64,000 bases of DNA, taken from contig CAXHJY010000103.1 in assembly GCA_964016885.1 (NCBI GenBank), forward strand, positions 6,432 to 70,431. The letters run 5' to 3'. Origin of the DNA: Eledone cirrhosa (taxonomy: Eukaryota). Shown piece by piece: positions 36,661 through 49,005 of the stretch (positions are counted from its first letter, which is position 1; every line of letters starts with the position of its first letter). A program made the translations under genes and the position numbers. Under the pieces are notes generated by a model. It worked only from the letters and a program-made list of their open reading frames with translations, did not search any database and was not told the DNA's origin.

Positions 36661-37777
36661 TCATAATAATATAATAATGAACATTATAATTATATAATAA
36701 TGAAATTATTGTGTACAGTGCTCAGGTGCACTACAACTCGTCAAAGGTGTATGTATAGTACATAGAATAATTGTTTCCACCTTTGGCACAAGACCAGTAA
36801 TCACCCCAGTGCACCACTGGCAACCCACCCCATCGACCCCGTAAGAATGAATGGCAAAGTTAACCTCGGCAGGACTCAAACTCAGATCAGAAAGGGACGT
36901 AACTCTGTGCTGCAAATCATGCTATCCGACCCTCCACCGACACCGCCAAATGTCAGGGAAGTGAATAGTGTATGAGTCATGATATACATGTGTGCATGTG
37001 TATAGAGGGGGAATATTAGATGTAGTGTTGGTGAATCTCAGGAAGCATGGAGGTTTTAAAGGATGCAGTGTCTTGACAGCTAACAACTGATGCAGGTAGT
37101 TTGTTCCATGCTTCAGTAACTCTGAGCGTGAAAAAATGTTTCCAAGTCATGGGAGCTGTGCTGTTTTCTGACTTTGTGGGCATGTCCACGTGTGTTAGAC
37201 ACATGGAAATCAAAAAGGTACTCAGGGTTGTTGTTGGCAAGATGGTTAATAATTTTGTGGGTGTTTACCAAGTCAGTTGCCAGACGTCGGAGCTTCAATG
37301 TATCCATGCCCAGGGAAGCAAGGCGTTCAGAGTATGGTAGATGCCTGATGGAGGGTATTCGCTTGGTTGCACATCTCTGAACAGTTTCCAGGCGGTCAAT
37401 GTTCTGAGCAAGATAGGGGTTCCAGACTGGTGATGCAAATTCTAAGTGTGGCCGCACCATAGCCATGTACAGCTTTAAATAGATAGCTGGAGAGCAGCTG
37501 ACAAAGGTCTTGCTGAGTGATGCTAAGATACCCTCGGCTCTCATGACAATTTTAGAGACGTGCTTCGTCCAATGCAAATCGCTGCTGACAGTAATGCCCA
37601 GGTCACGTTCACAAGAAGACTTCTTGATATTAGTGTTGTGGAGGGAGTATGTGGACGCTGGGTTTTCTACTCCCAAAATGAATGATGATACACTTGTCCA
37701 CAGCTAGCTTGAGTTGCCAATCTGTGATCCATTGTTGCATTGTGTCCAGATTGCAGGCAAGATCTAGTGTTCAGGAT
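36661..37777 (-). mobile_element. CR1 3' fragment
   Basis: ERDLGITV, VRPHLEFASPVWNP, LETVQR; (ATT)n tail. Confidence 0.9.
36768..36950 (-). mobile_element. SINE family A copy with A-to-G hypermutation
   Basis: gcaccactggcaaccccacccatcg versus consensus gcattactggtactttattttatcg; ctccaccgacaccgcc versus ctctaccgatactgcc. Confidence 0.85.
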
Positions 37778-38941
37778 CTGCATATACACACACACTATAT
37801 ACACCTTTATATACACATACACACATCATATATACCTTTATATACACACATCATATTACCTTTATATATACACACACACACACCATATATATACCTTTAT
37901 ATACATACTCATCATATATACCTTTATATATACATCATATTTACCAGTATACACCCATTTGAAGTTGATAAAAAAAGTACCAGTTTAGTACTGGGCTGAT
38001 TCTTCTTCTATATCTCTTTCTCACTTCCATTTATTCACTTTCTATCTTTCTCTGGAAGAAATCTGCTGTATTTGGACCAGGAGAGGGATGGGCTCCGTCA
38101 GGTTTAAAAATGCCCAAGAAACGCTGTATATCAATTCGGTGCCACTACAACTCCCTGAGGAGTTATGAGACCATGCATGCATTCATATATGTGTGTCCAA
38201 CCCTTGCTTGCAGGGAAAATGGATAATAAATCATACAACACATTGTATATCAGAAATTTAATGTAAATGTAACTACACTTTTAAAATTATAAGCCTTGCT
38301 GTGAAAAGAATGGAGTGCAAACATTTTCGTTTATTTTCTGTGTACACAGGAAAACACGAGATATTACCTTTAGACATTTTAGAGATTGCTTCCCCATCAG
38401 AAAATATCTACCCTTATGATTTTGCCAGCAGCTTATAGCAATTGCTATTTATATCAAGCAGGATGCAGAACTTAACTGAAATGTAAAGATGGAATAATAG
38501 AAAGTGTGTTTACACTTCATTCTTTTCGCAGTAAGACTTATTAAAACTGCATTTTTTCTGTGTTAATATGAAAGTCAGAGTACCAACATGTTTTATGACC
38601 AACATCATCATCGTTTTATGTCGGTTTTCTACCTTGATATGGTTAGGATGATATCTAAGACTAGATAAGTTGGATGACCACATCCTGCTCATACATTCCA
38701 ATTTGGCATGGTTTCTACAGCTGGAGGCCTTTCCTAATGCCAACTACTTTACAATGTGAACTGGGTACATTTTATCATGGCACCAGCACTACCACTTTAC
38801 AGTGTATACTGGGTGTATTTAATCATGATTCTGGCAGTATCACTTTACAGAATGAACAAGGAGCATTCTATTGTGGCACCACTGTTACCAAACACACATT
38901 AATCAGAGGAGGAGGAGGAGGAGGATAAATTAAATACTTAC

Positions 38942-38999
38942 CACACTTGTGTACTAAATTCTGTCTCTTGAGGAATTGACAGCAAACTGATTGATTCAC
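38942..38999 (-). CDS. GEMIN4: GEMIN4-like coding exon
   Basis: ttttacAG/GTAAGT, phase 0 to 1, fits both neighbours; VNQSVCCQFLKRQNLVHKC. Confidence 0.7.
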
Positions 39000-39473
39000 C
39001 TGTAAAATAGAATGATTACTTATCACACATACCTGTAGCAATGGAATGATGGAATAATAGCTTATCACATACCTGTGGTAATTTTAAAAAATGTTTAATA
39101 ATTCTGAAGTGGAGTTTAAATCCAACCAGCATGCTTCTAATATAAACTGAACAAATTTTATTTTCCCTCAAACCTTATCTATGCACCTCGGAATCTTGTG
39201 AAATTATATTCCTCCATGGAAAACTTGCCAAAGAGTAGAGAGGACTCTTCAGTTGTGCCAAAGACATGACAACATCCTCAGTTTGGGTGCCATGATAAAA
39301 TGTATGGTGTACTATGTAGAGTGGCTCCAGCTGAGTTCTGACTTGTCCAGTCCTTGCTAGCAAGGAAAACAAACATTAAATGATGATGATGATGGAAATG
39401 ACGATGGTGGTGGTGGTGGTGAGGATGATGGCGGTGGTGGTGATGATGGCGGTGGTGATGGTAGTGATGATGA

Positions 39474-39507
<34 letters not shown>

Positions 39508-39632
39508 GGTGATGGTGATAACGACGATGAAGACAATGATACTTCTAGCTACTCAATCAATAGCTATAGGTAGAATATGTCTCAAGATGAGACAAAAACA
39601 GTTTCTGTTCAACTAACTCCCCTTATAAGGCA

Positions 39633-39790
39633 TTGGTCAGTCTGAGGTTATGGTCAGTCTGAGGTTATGGTCAATGTGAGGCGATGGTCAGCCTGAGGCT
39701 ATAGTCAATCTCAGGCTATGGTCAGTCTGAGGTTATAGTCAGTCTAAGGCTATGGTCAATCTGAGGCTATGGTCAGTCTGAGGCTATGGC
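39633..39790. repeat. 17-bp minisatellite, about 9 copies
   Basis: Unit tggtcagtctgaggcta. Confidence 0.9.
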
Positions 39791-39986
39791 AGAAGACACA
39801 TGCCTGTGGGGCCAAACAGAGGTTTAGGACCCTTCAACCATGTAGCCACATGTGTGTGTGTTTAGTCATATATGAGCCCTAATAAAACAGACTTATGATT
39901 AATTTTCCTCTAAGTAAACCATTAAAATAAATCTAGTCGTATATGTATACATGTGTCTATCTATAGAAAATGGTAATATAACTTAC

Positions 39987-40081
39987 ATCATTGTCATTTC
40001 TGTACAACAATTTCCTAAGCCTTAATTTAACAGTCCAATCCAAAGATCTTATTTCTTCTTCCAACCATAACACAGCCTTTT
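39987..40081 (-). CDS. GEMIN4: GEMIN4-like coding exon
   Basis: KAVLWLEEEIRSLDWTVKLRLRKLL versus recalled human [33 protein letters not shown], phase 1 to 0. Confidence 0.9.
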
Positions 40082-40169
40082 CTGTAGAGGAATAAAAAAA
40101 ACATGAAAAAAATATATCCCCATTTCTATAGTTTGAGATAATGTATAATTATAGCAGGTACAATAATAA

Positions 40170-40810
40170 AAGTATGCTTCTGAGATTAGAAAAAAGACCA
40201 GCAGAATCTACAGAACTGCAGATGTTGTCCACAGATGTTGGCTTAGGACTCAGGATTTCTTGGTGTGAGCACATCATGGAAAGAGCCAGGATACCGTTAC
40301 TGTAAGATGACAGAAGATGATAGGCCTCATACTTCATATGTCCACATAGACACCAGTGAGAGGATCTCTTGAATGAGGGGGATGGGTGCAGAGGCATAAC
40401 TAGGATATAATAAATATGGCACGTGCCATGAGCACCACATGAAGGGGGTGTCACTTAGACTATGAGCACATTCTATTAAAGTCAAATAAGCGTTGTCGGA
40501 GAGTGAAAAAAGAAACGCCTTCAGATCTATGATCTGTCTGATTATCATGGGTGAGAACACTATGGAGGCTGGATCAATAAACCTTTTATATAAATTATTA
40601 GGCGCAATTTCATTGCTTGCCATAGGTGATATATTCCCTTATTATGCCTCTAGGTAGGTGGCATATGATAGGCAGACCTATGAAGACATGGTCCTGGCTT
40701 GGATTCTGGATTGTAATAGAGCTTGCAATTGTGCTGGATGGAGATCTTTTATTGCTCAAAGATTCATAGGAGCAGGAGGAACCAAGTATTTTGTTTGATT
40801 TTGACATCTT
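40170..40810 (+). pseudogene. Decayed coding-like segment, possibly an endogenous negative-strand RNA virus L fragment
   Basis: Across frameshifts and stops: IYRTADVVHRCW..FLGVST..RGMGAEA*LG..AFRSMICLI..SINLLYKLLGAIS..DIFPYYA..GG. Confidence 0.35.
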
Positions 40811-41382
40811 GGAAAAAAAGATAAATATAAAATGTGGAAAGTGATATATGTATGAAGGCAACAATACAAAATGGATGGGAAGATGAAGGCAATGAAAAAG
40901 TTAGTTACCTGGTAATCTCTTTTTTTTGTTTTGTCCTAATATTTCAGGACTTAAAATTCTCTGTCAGAATGTAAGGAACTCTCAGAGCAAAACATTCTGG
41001 TCTATTCGCTTTGAAATTAGATGTAAATAAATATATATTTACTTCTTTTGTTAAATATTAGGTAATGAATTGGCAGAGTCATTAGGGTGTCAACCGGAAT
41101 GCCTTGTGGTATTTATTCTAGCTCTCTGCATTCTAAGGCCAACTTTGCTTTTCATCCTTTTAGGGTCAATAAATAAAGTACCAATCCAGTACTAGAATTG
41201 ATTCTTCTTCTCTCTCATTTTCTTTCTGGAAGAAATCAGTTGTGGTGAAACCTGGAGAGGGATGGTTGCTATCAGTTTTAAAACACCCAATACAGGTAAT
41301 GTGTCACTACAGGCCTCCTACAATACCATCAGAAGTGAAGGGAGCAGTGAAATAGAGAAATTAAATATACAAATTAACTCAC

Positions 41383-41773
41383 CTGATACAGGAGTGTACT
41401 TATTGTTAATCAATATATCAATCACTTGGTCTATCAAACCAATCAGCATTGATTTCATGTTCACCTGTTGTTTTGATTGATATCTTTGATTGATATCTTC
41501 ATCTTCCCACAATTCAGTGCAGTCATTCAAAGCATAACAGAGATGTAGAAGGACAACATGGAGTTGTATGTTGTCACAACAGGATCTTATTTGGGAATCT
41601 TCACAACTGAAAACAACAGATGCCAACTGCAGCATTAAGATGGGGTTATGGTGGTGCCAGTCTGAAGAACTAAGTAGATGAAGCTGTGGCAGAATAAAAC
41701 TCCCCAGAATTTCACTACCCTGGAGGACACTTTGGTTTATTCCATATTTTTGGCAAATACCTATAGAAAAGGA
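41383..41773 (-). CDS. GEMIN4: GEMIN4-like coding exon
   Basis: Long pyrimidine tract then AG, GTGAGT donor, phase 0 to 1; VLQGSEILGSFILPQL and LLHLCYALNDCTELW resemble LLEPDEVLKEFVLPFL and LFSLCQLLDRFSKYW. Confidence 0.85.
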
Positions 41774-43530
41774 CTAAAGAGGGAAGAGAGAAGAAAAGAG
41801 AACAAAAGGAATTAATATTGTTTTGTTAATTAAGGGTGGGGGAGTTGGTGGAATTGGTAGAGTATCGGATAAAATGTCATTGTGGTATTTGTTCTGGCTC
41901 TTTACATTCTGACTCCAAATCCCACAAAAGTAACTTCAATTTTCATCCTTTTAGAGTTGATAAAATAAAGTACCAATCAAATATTGGAGTTGATATAACC
42001 CTTTAGCATTTACATTACTCTATATTTACTATTATATTTTCATGGTAAAGGTTTTATCTCACATAATACCAAATCTATGAGATTTTGATGTTATTTATGT
42101 TTAGAACGATACCTTAACGTAAGTATAAGTGACCAGTTACAGCCAGTTTGAACAGAAAAAGGTGAGACAATTCTGGCCTGATACATCCGGTTTAAATGCT
42201 AAAGGTATAATCAACTTTGCCTTTTGTCCAAATTTGCTGGCTTTGTGCCTAAATTAAAAACCAATGTTGATTCGTTGATTAAATATGAAATATTTGGCAG
42301 AGGATTTTGCTTTTGGTGGATGTTGTTTTATTGTGTTAAATGTGTTTTTGTAGCTGAGTAATTGTATTTATATGGTGGGTCATGGCTGGTTTGACAAATC
42401 CCACCACACTTGACATACACCCATAACCTCACACTTATTTCTCTCTCCCAACAGAGCAGAGAAAGTTCATCAGTTGAGACAATGACTGACAACCTCTCAA
42501 GTGCTGATATTACAAAAATGCACCCACCACACTGTGCAATAGGAAGGACACCCTGCTGTAGAAACCATGCAAAAAGGTTTGGAAGGACTTTTCAGTTGTG
42601 TCAAAAACATGACAACCTCTCTAGAGTTGGTGATCTACAAAATAAATCCACTCAGTACATTCTGTAAAGTGATTGGTGATAAGAAAAACAACCAACAATA
42701 GAAAGCCTGTTAAACAAAGGGTTAGGAGGATTCTTCAGTTGTGTCAAAGACATGATAGCTTCCTTAGCATTGGTGCCTTAATAAAATGCACTTGGTAGAG
42801 CATGGGAACATATGTAAGCAAAATGTGAGCTTCTTGGCTATCTGAGAGGTAAATAACTGCGTTTGAGAACTGACTTGTCTGTGAAGACCCTCCCAACCTT
42901 TGCTAGCAGAGAAAATGGAAGTTAAATGATGACAATGATGATGATGATGATGATAAGGCCAGCAATTTGGGGAGTGGAGAAAGTCGATTAAATCGCCTCC
43001 AGTGTGTGAAGGCGCATGGCTTAGTGGTTAGAGCATTGGGCTTGCAATTGAAAGGTTGTGAGTTCAATTCTCGGACTGGGTGATGTGTTGTTTCCTTGAG
43101 CAAGACACTTTATTTCCAGTTTACTCAACTGTAGAAATGAGGTGACAGGACTGGGGTCCCTATCATTAAATTACTCAAGACACCTCCAACGAGATATACC
43201 TTGGAGGAGGTCAGCTAAACCTGCATAGGTGTGAGCTGTCACAGAGTGTGTGACTGGTACTTTATTTTATCGACCTCGTAAGGATGAAAGGCAAAGCCTT
43301 GGTGGGATTTGAACTCTGAACGTAAAGAGCTGTAACTCTATTCTGCGAAGCAGATCTGACACTCTACCGATACTGCCAATCACTTGCCCTGATAATAATA
43401 ATAATGAAAATTATTGTGTACAGTGCTCAGGTGCACTACAACTCATCAAAAGTGCATGTATAATACATAGAATAATGTACAAAAGTCAGGAATGGATGCA
43501 GTGTCCTGACAATCTTGTAATAAATCATAC

Positions 43531-43707
43531 CGTTAAAAGTTGCTGCAGAAACTTAATGTATGTATTTTGTTGTTTTTCATCCATTGGTTCTGAGGATAAG
43601 ACATGAAAGAGCTGAGAAGCCAGAAGACTCTGTGGAAGTTGATTCTCATCTTCCATGGTTGAGTAACGTTTTGGAGATTTGCAAGAATTTGGTAGCAGCT
43701 GAAACAT
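43531..43707 (-). CDS. GEMIN4: GEMIN4-like coding exon
   Basis: AG/GTATGA, phase 0 to 0; MFQLLP..KQQNTYIKFLQQLL. Confidence 0.8.
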
Positions 43708-43974
43708 CTGCAAATAGATAAACAAAAATGAAAGATATATCTTTTAAAATTCTAATCTTGTAAGGAGGTTGACCCAGTCTCCATGATGATGATGATGATG
43801 ATGATGATGATGGTGATGGTGATGGTGATGATGATGAGGAGGAGGAGGAGAGTGAGTGGATGGAATTCTTGGCCTGCCACATTTCTGTTAGAATGTAAGA
43901 AGAGCCAACCTATTCATGAAAATATATACTTTCCTATGTATATTGAAGTGTATATATATATATATATATTTCAT

Positions 43975-44308
43975 TCATTTCATTTCATTTTACGTCCGCT
44001 TTTCCCTGCTTGCAAGGGTGGGACGGGAACTGATTCTGGCTTGATTTCTACAGCTGGATGCCCTTCCTAACACCAACCTCATTTACAGTGAGTGCTGGGT
44101 GCTTTTTTTGCCGTGGGACCTCCACGACCACTTTGCAGTGGAATGATAGGGACCCCAGTACTATCATCTCATTTCTACAGCTGAGTGAACTGGAACAATG
44201 TGAAATAAAGTGTCTTGCTCAAGGAAACAACACATCACCTGGTCTGAGAATTGAACTCACAACTTTTCGATTGCAAGGCCAATGCTCTAACCACTAAGCC
44301 ATGTGCCT
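43975..44308 (-). mobile_element. SINE family B
   Basis: Matches 8248-8621. Confidence 0.9.
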
Positions 44309-44401
44309 ATATATAGTAATAATAATAAATTTGAAGAGTAAAATCCAAAGAGGGCTCGATAAAGATAAATATATATCAAATATATAAGAACCGTAGAGCA
44401 A

Positions 44402-44547
44402 ATATTTATTAAAATAACAGATTAAAGTTTAAGCAAAGAATCGCTGCTTTCACCCTTAACGGGATCTTCTGAATATATAGAAGATCCTGTTAAGGGTGAA
44501 AGCAGCGATTTTTTGCTTAAACTTTAATCTGTTATTTTAATAAATAT
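44402..44547. repeat. Near-perfect palindrome, about 68-bp arms
   Basis: atatttattaaaataacag...gggatcttc mirrored by gaagatcctg...ctgttattttaataaatat. Confidence 0.9.
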
Positions 44548-44714
44548 ATATATATATATATATAATGTATATTCTTTTCTATGCCTATTACATTATATAT
44601 ATATATAAATTTATAAGAGCTTGGAATTTTTTCTTTGAGCTTCCTTTGCAGGTGATATGGTGATTGTAATTCTCTCAGAAATGACATCTTTAATCATTTT
44701 AGTAATATATATAT

Positions 44715-45810
44715 ATCATCATCATCATCAGTGTTTAACATCTATTTTCCAGGGTAGCATGAGTTAGACGGGTTTGTCCCATTTGAAGCAAGTTTGGTCG
44801 AGTGACCGTGTCTCACTCATATAAGACTGTTTCTGGCTGGTTTTCTACAGCTGGATGTCCTTCCTAATGCCAACCACATTTACAGTGTGGACTGGGTGCT
44901 TTTTGTCATGAAAACTACACAACCTACAGTGTGGGCTGGATGTTTTGTGGTACCAACATAACTTTACAGAGTAAGGGTAGTGTGGATAGAAGTGGGAGAG
45001 AGGTGTAGGTGGTGTGGAGTGTATATTGGATTAAGAGGTGCCTATTGAGTGTAAGTTTAAGTCCATGTGCAACAGAAGGCAGGTCTTCTGTGTTACTGCA
45101 TAGCACCAAAGATCTTGATTGGCAGTATCGGTAGAGGGTTGGACGCCATGCTTTCTATCATAGTTACGTCCCTTTACAGTCTGAGTTCAAATGCCGCCGA
45201 GGTTAACTTTGCCTTTCATCCTTACGGGGTCGATAAAATAAAGTACCAGTAATGTACTGGGTAATTGCTGGCCTTGTGCCAAATGTAGAAACAATTATAC
45301 ATATATATATATATATATATATAGGTGATAAAAGCTGACCTTGCACACTCGAACAACTCTAAGACAATGACACAAAATCGAGATCTTTGGCGTTATGCAG
45401 TAATACAGAAGACCCACCTTCCCTTGTACACGGACTTAAACTTACACTCAGTAGGCACCTCTTAATCCAATATTCACCCCACACCCCCTCCCATTTCCGC
45501 CCACACCACCCTTACTCTGTAAAGTTATGTAAGTACCACAAAACATCCAGCCCACACTGTAAAGTGGTCGTGTAGGTGTCACAACAAAAAGCACCCAGCC
45601 CACACTATAAAATGGTCGTGTAGGAGACATTTCAAAAATCACCTAGCACACACTGTAAATGTGGTTGACGTTAGGAAGGGTATCCAACTGTAGAAAACCA
45701 GCCAGAAACAGTCCTATACGAGCGAGACATGGTCACCCCACCAAACTTGCCTCAAATAGGACAAACCCATCTAACCCATGTTAGCATGGAAGATAGACGT
45801 TAAATGATGA
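44715..45810. mobile_element. Two RTE 3'-end fragments in inverted orientation flanking a SINE A (45117-45297)
   Basis: 44715-45113 (minus) and 45324-45810 (plus) are homologous to each other and to the RTE 3' UTR. Confidence 0.8.
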
Positions 45811-45848
45811 TATATATATATATATATATATTATTATTATGTAATAAA

Positions 45849-45902
45849 CATTTACCAGTGGTTTCTTAAAAGCAAAAGGTTTTGCTTTCAATCCTCAGAA
45901 TG
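45849..45902 (-). ncRNA. Type I hammerhead motif, microsatellite-associated family
   Basis: catt-CTGAGGA-ttgaaagcaaaa-cc-ttttgcttttaa-GAA-accactggt-A-aatg. Confidence 0.75.
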
Positions 45903-46009
45903 AAAAAATCCTGGTCTGTTTATTGAATTTGGATTTTAAAAACAAAAATGCAATCTATATGAAAGTGAGGCTGGAGAAGGAAGAAGGAAAGGAAAAATAA
46001 AATAAAACT

Positions 46010-46041
46010 ACACATGCAAACACACACACAAAAGCATACAT

Positions 46042-46102
<61 letters not shown>

Positions 46103-46179
46103 CACACATATATACATACACATATATACACATACACATACATATACACATACATACACTCATACACACACACACATAT

Positions 46180-46224
<45 letters not shown>

Positions 46225-46797
46225 TATATATATATATATGTGTGTGTACAAGCATACACATACACTAACATAGCCATACACACACATATATACATACATA
46301 CATTCACACAATCATACATATATACACACGTACATACATACACATACATAAATGCACTCCTCTACATATTCACACACGCAAATAAATATAAGAAAAAAAT
46401 ATATATATATTAAACATTTTTGACAGCGATACAGAAGGCAGCTAACTGGACAGACACGCGTGGTAAGTAATACACACAAATGCACGTATACATACGTACG
46501 AAATAGTAAATACATACACACACTCTCACACATAAATATACAAATACATAAACACATACATACACATACATGCACAAACACGCACACGTATACAATATAT
46601 ACACACACATATGTATATGTAATTATATACACACACATATATATATATATATATACATAAATATAAACATACACACACACACATATGTATACATACACAC
46701 ACATATACATACATAGCTATACAATTATACACATACAAATACGTACATATCATAAACACGCACAACCAAATACAAACACACATACATATATATATAT

Positions 46798-46838
<41 letters not shown>

Positions 46839-46940
46839 TACATATACATACACATACACACACACATACATGTGTGTGTGTGTGTGTAAAACTCAGTCTT
46901 AGATAATTCATATGAACCTTATATATACATATATATAGTA
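46010..46940. repeat. Long (CA)/(TA) low-complexity tract
   Basis: Direct reading. Confidence 0.9.
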
Positions 46941-46970
46941 GTAAAGTAATAAAGCAACATAAGGCAATTA

Positions 46971-47030
46971 TTCCATTCACCAGTGGTTTCTTAAAAGCAA
47001 AAAATGTTTCCTTCAATCTTCAGAATGAAA
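46971..47030 (-). ncRNA. Type I hammerhead motif, same family, G at the cleavage position
   Basis: tttcatt-CTGAAGA-ttgaagg..cttttaa-GAA-accactggt-G-aatggaa. Confidence 0.6.
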
Positions 47031-47101
47031 AAAAACCTGGTCTATCCACATATACATACATATACACACACAAATATATATACATATATGCACATACACA
47101 T

Positions 47102-47132
<31 letters not shown>

Positions 47133-48205
47133 CATATATACATATATATATATACACACAAATACACATACACATAGGTATGTGAAGGGCAAGGCAAAAA
47201 GAATATATGGGGGGGGGGGACATAGGAAAAGGTGAAATATAAGGGGAGGTAAGGGAGAAAAAAAAAAATAAATATACAAGAGTACAGAACGTAGAATCAG
47301 CAAAATAAAAACCGTAGCAGAAGTAAAGAGCAGAAAAGGAGTTCAAGGCGGTTGATTTATCATAGCAGTGTCAATCCAGTTACAGATCAGATGCGATTTC
47401 AGATGAGGACAGCATCTGAAGATCTCAGTCTTTGAGTTAAGGCAAGCGGAAGTGGCTCTCAAGTTTAGCAAAAATTAAGCTCTGTTACCTACATAGAGCA
47501 CTCTTTTTTCCTGGACTTTTCCGACGGAATTACTTCATTCACACATATATATATATATAGATAGATAGATATACACACACAATTTTCTAGAATATACATA
47601 TGTTTCTATATCTATTATACAATGCCATATGTCAGTGAGACATGGTCTTGGCTGTAAACCTACAAAGGCTCGAAAGAAATGAAGCAAGTATGCAGTGAAG
47701 GATGTAAAATGTTAGTGTGCATGAATGACATAGCATAAGGGAACTGAGAGAACAACCTGGGTATAAGAAAAAATAGATGTTATGTGCTAGACTATGTTGG
47801 TACAAATATGTGATGCATATGGAAGATGATGGTTGTATAAAGAAATGAAGGAAAATCTCTATGGATGGGACTCATGGATAAGGTAGACCTAAGAAGACAT
47901 CATATGAAGTAGTGGTGATAAGCTTTTGGAAGTTGAATCTTATAATTGAGATGACAATGGAAAATAAGAATTAGTGACACGCAGTGATGGTGAAGACCTC
48001 CCTACCAGTATAAAAGATGTGACCTGAACTATTCATGTCCCATTCCTTAGTAAATACTTTCACCATCACTGTACACCTCACCCCTCTTAAATACACCGAT
48101 GACATTATATTTATCATCATTCATACTTTCATCACCTTCTGTCATGACATGACAACCTCTCTAGTGTTGCTGATCTTACACACCAAATACATTCTGTAAA
48201 CTTAC

Positions 48206-48313
48206 CTTAACAATGACATTCCTTTGTTTGGGATTCCTGAGAGCAGTGCCAACTGAAATCTTTAGGATTGATTCAATATCCAGCAAAGCATACTGACAAA
48301 TTTTGGAAGGAAT
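48206..48313 (-). CDS. GEMIN4: GEMIN4-like coding exon
   Basis: ttttcAG/GTAAGT, phase 0 to 0; IPSKICQYALLDIESILKISVGTALRNPKQRNVIVK. Confidence 0.8.
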
Positions 48314-48792
48314 CTGAAAAAATGAAATATATTTCCTGATTTAATTTGTAGGCTATCTTCGATGTTTTAATGATAGGTTCCCAGTCCTATCATGAAAAGC
48401 AATGTGAAAAGAAGAGTCTAGCTGAAGAACTTATGCTGACCAGTCAAGGAATTGAACCCACAACCATATGATCATGAGTCCACAACCACAAGGCCACATG
48501 ACTTCACAATATAATTTAAACTGTAATCATGAAAATACAAGCTACCATGAGCATTCTAAACATAGATGAGTGAGCTGTGGAAAATAATTCTATCTGTTTA
48601 CATTATTTAAAAAGGATTGAAAAGACTCTCCAGTTACATCAAAGATAAAACAAGCTTTCTAGTGCTAGTGCCATGACAAAATATAGCTTGCACTCTTTGT
48701 AAAGTGGCCAGTGTTAGGAAAAGCATCATCCATAGAAAGCATGTGAAAAATGGAGTGTTCTAACTGAGATGTGGTTGCATGATCCATTTACG

Positions 48793-49005
48793 AGGACAGT
48801 AGCTCTGATAAAGTTCTGATTTGGTCTGCAACAACCCATCTATTTAAGAAGGCAGTAGCTCTGATAGAGTTCTGACCTGGTTTGTAACAACCCATCTATT
48901 TAAGAGGACAGTAGCTTTGATAAAGTACTCACTTGGTTTGTAACAACCCATCTATTTAAGAGGACAGTAGCTCTGATAAAGTACTGACTTGATCTGTAAT
49001 AACCA
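48793..49005. repeat. 56-bp tandem repeat, about 4 copies
   Basis: gaggacagtagctctgataaagttctga..aacaacccatctatttaa; also twice at 53420-53535. Confidence 0.85.

Noticed and set aside
38368-38475. AG/GT-bounded candidate GEMIN4 exon
   Set aside because: Stops in all three frames; the neighbouring exons already join in phase.
39380-39616. Met/Val-rich ORF
   Set aside because: (GAT)/(GGT) microsatellite.
41720-41761. Alternative acceptor at 41761 for the 41.4-kb exon
   Set aside because: Out of phase with the upstream exon (early TAA); the AG at 41774-41775 keeps the frame.
45920-47346. Numerous Tyr/Ile/Val/Cys-rich ORFs
   Set aside because: Dinucleotide-repeat artefacts.
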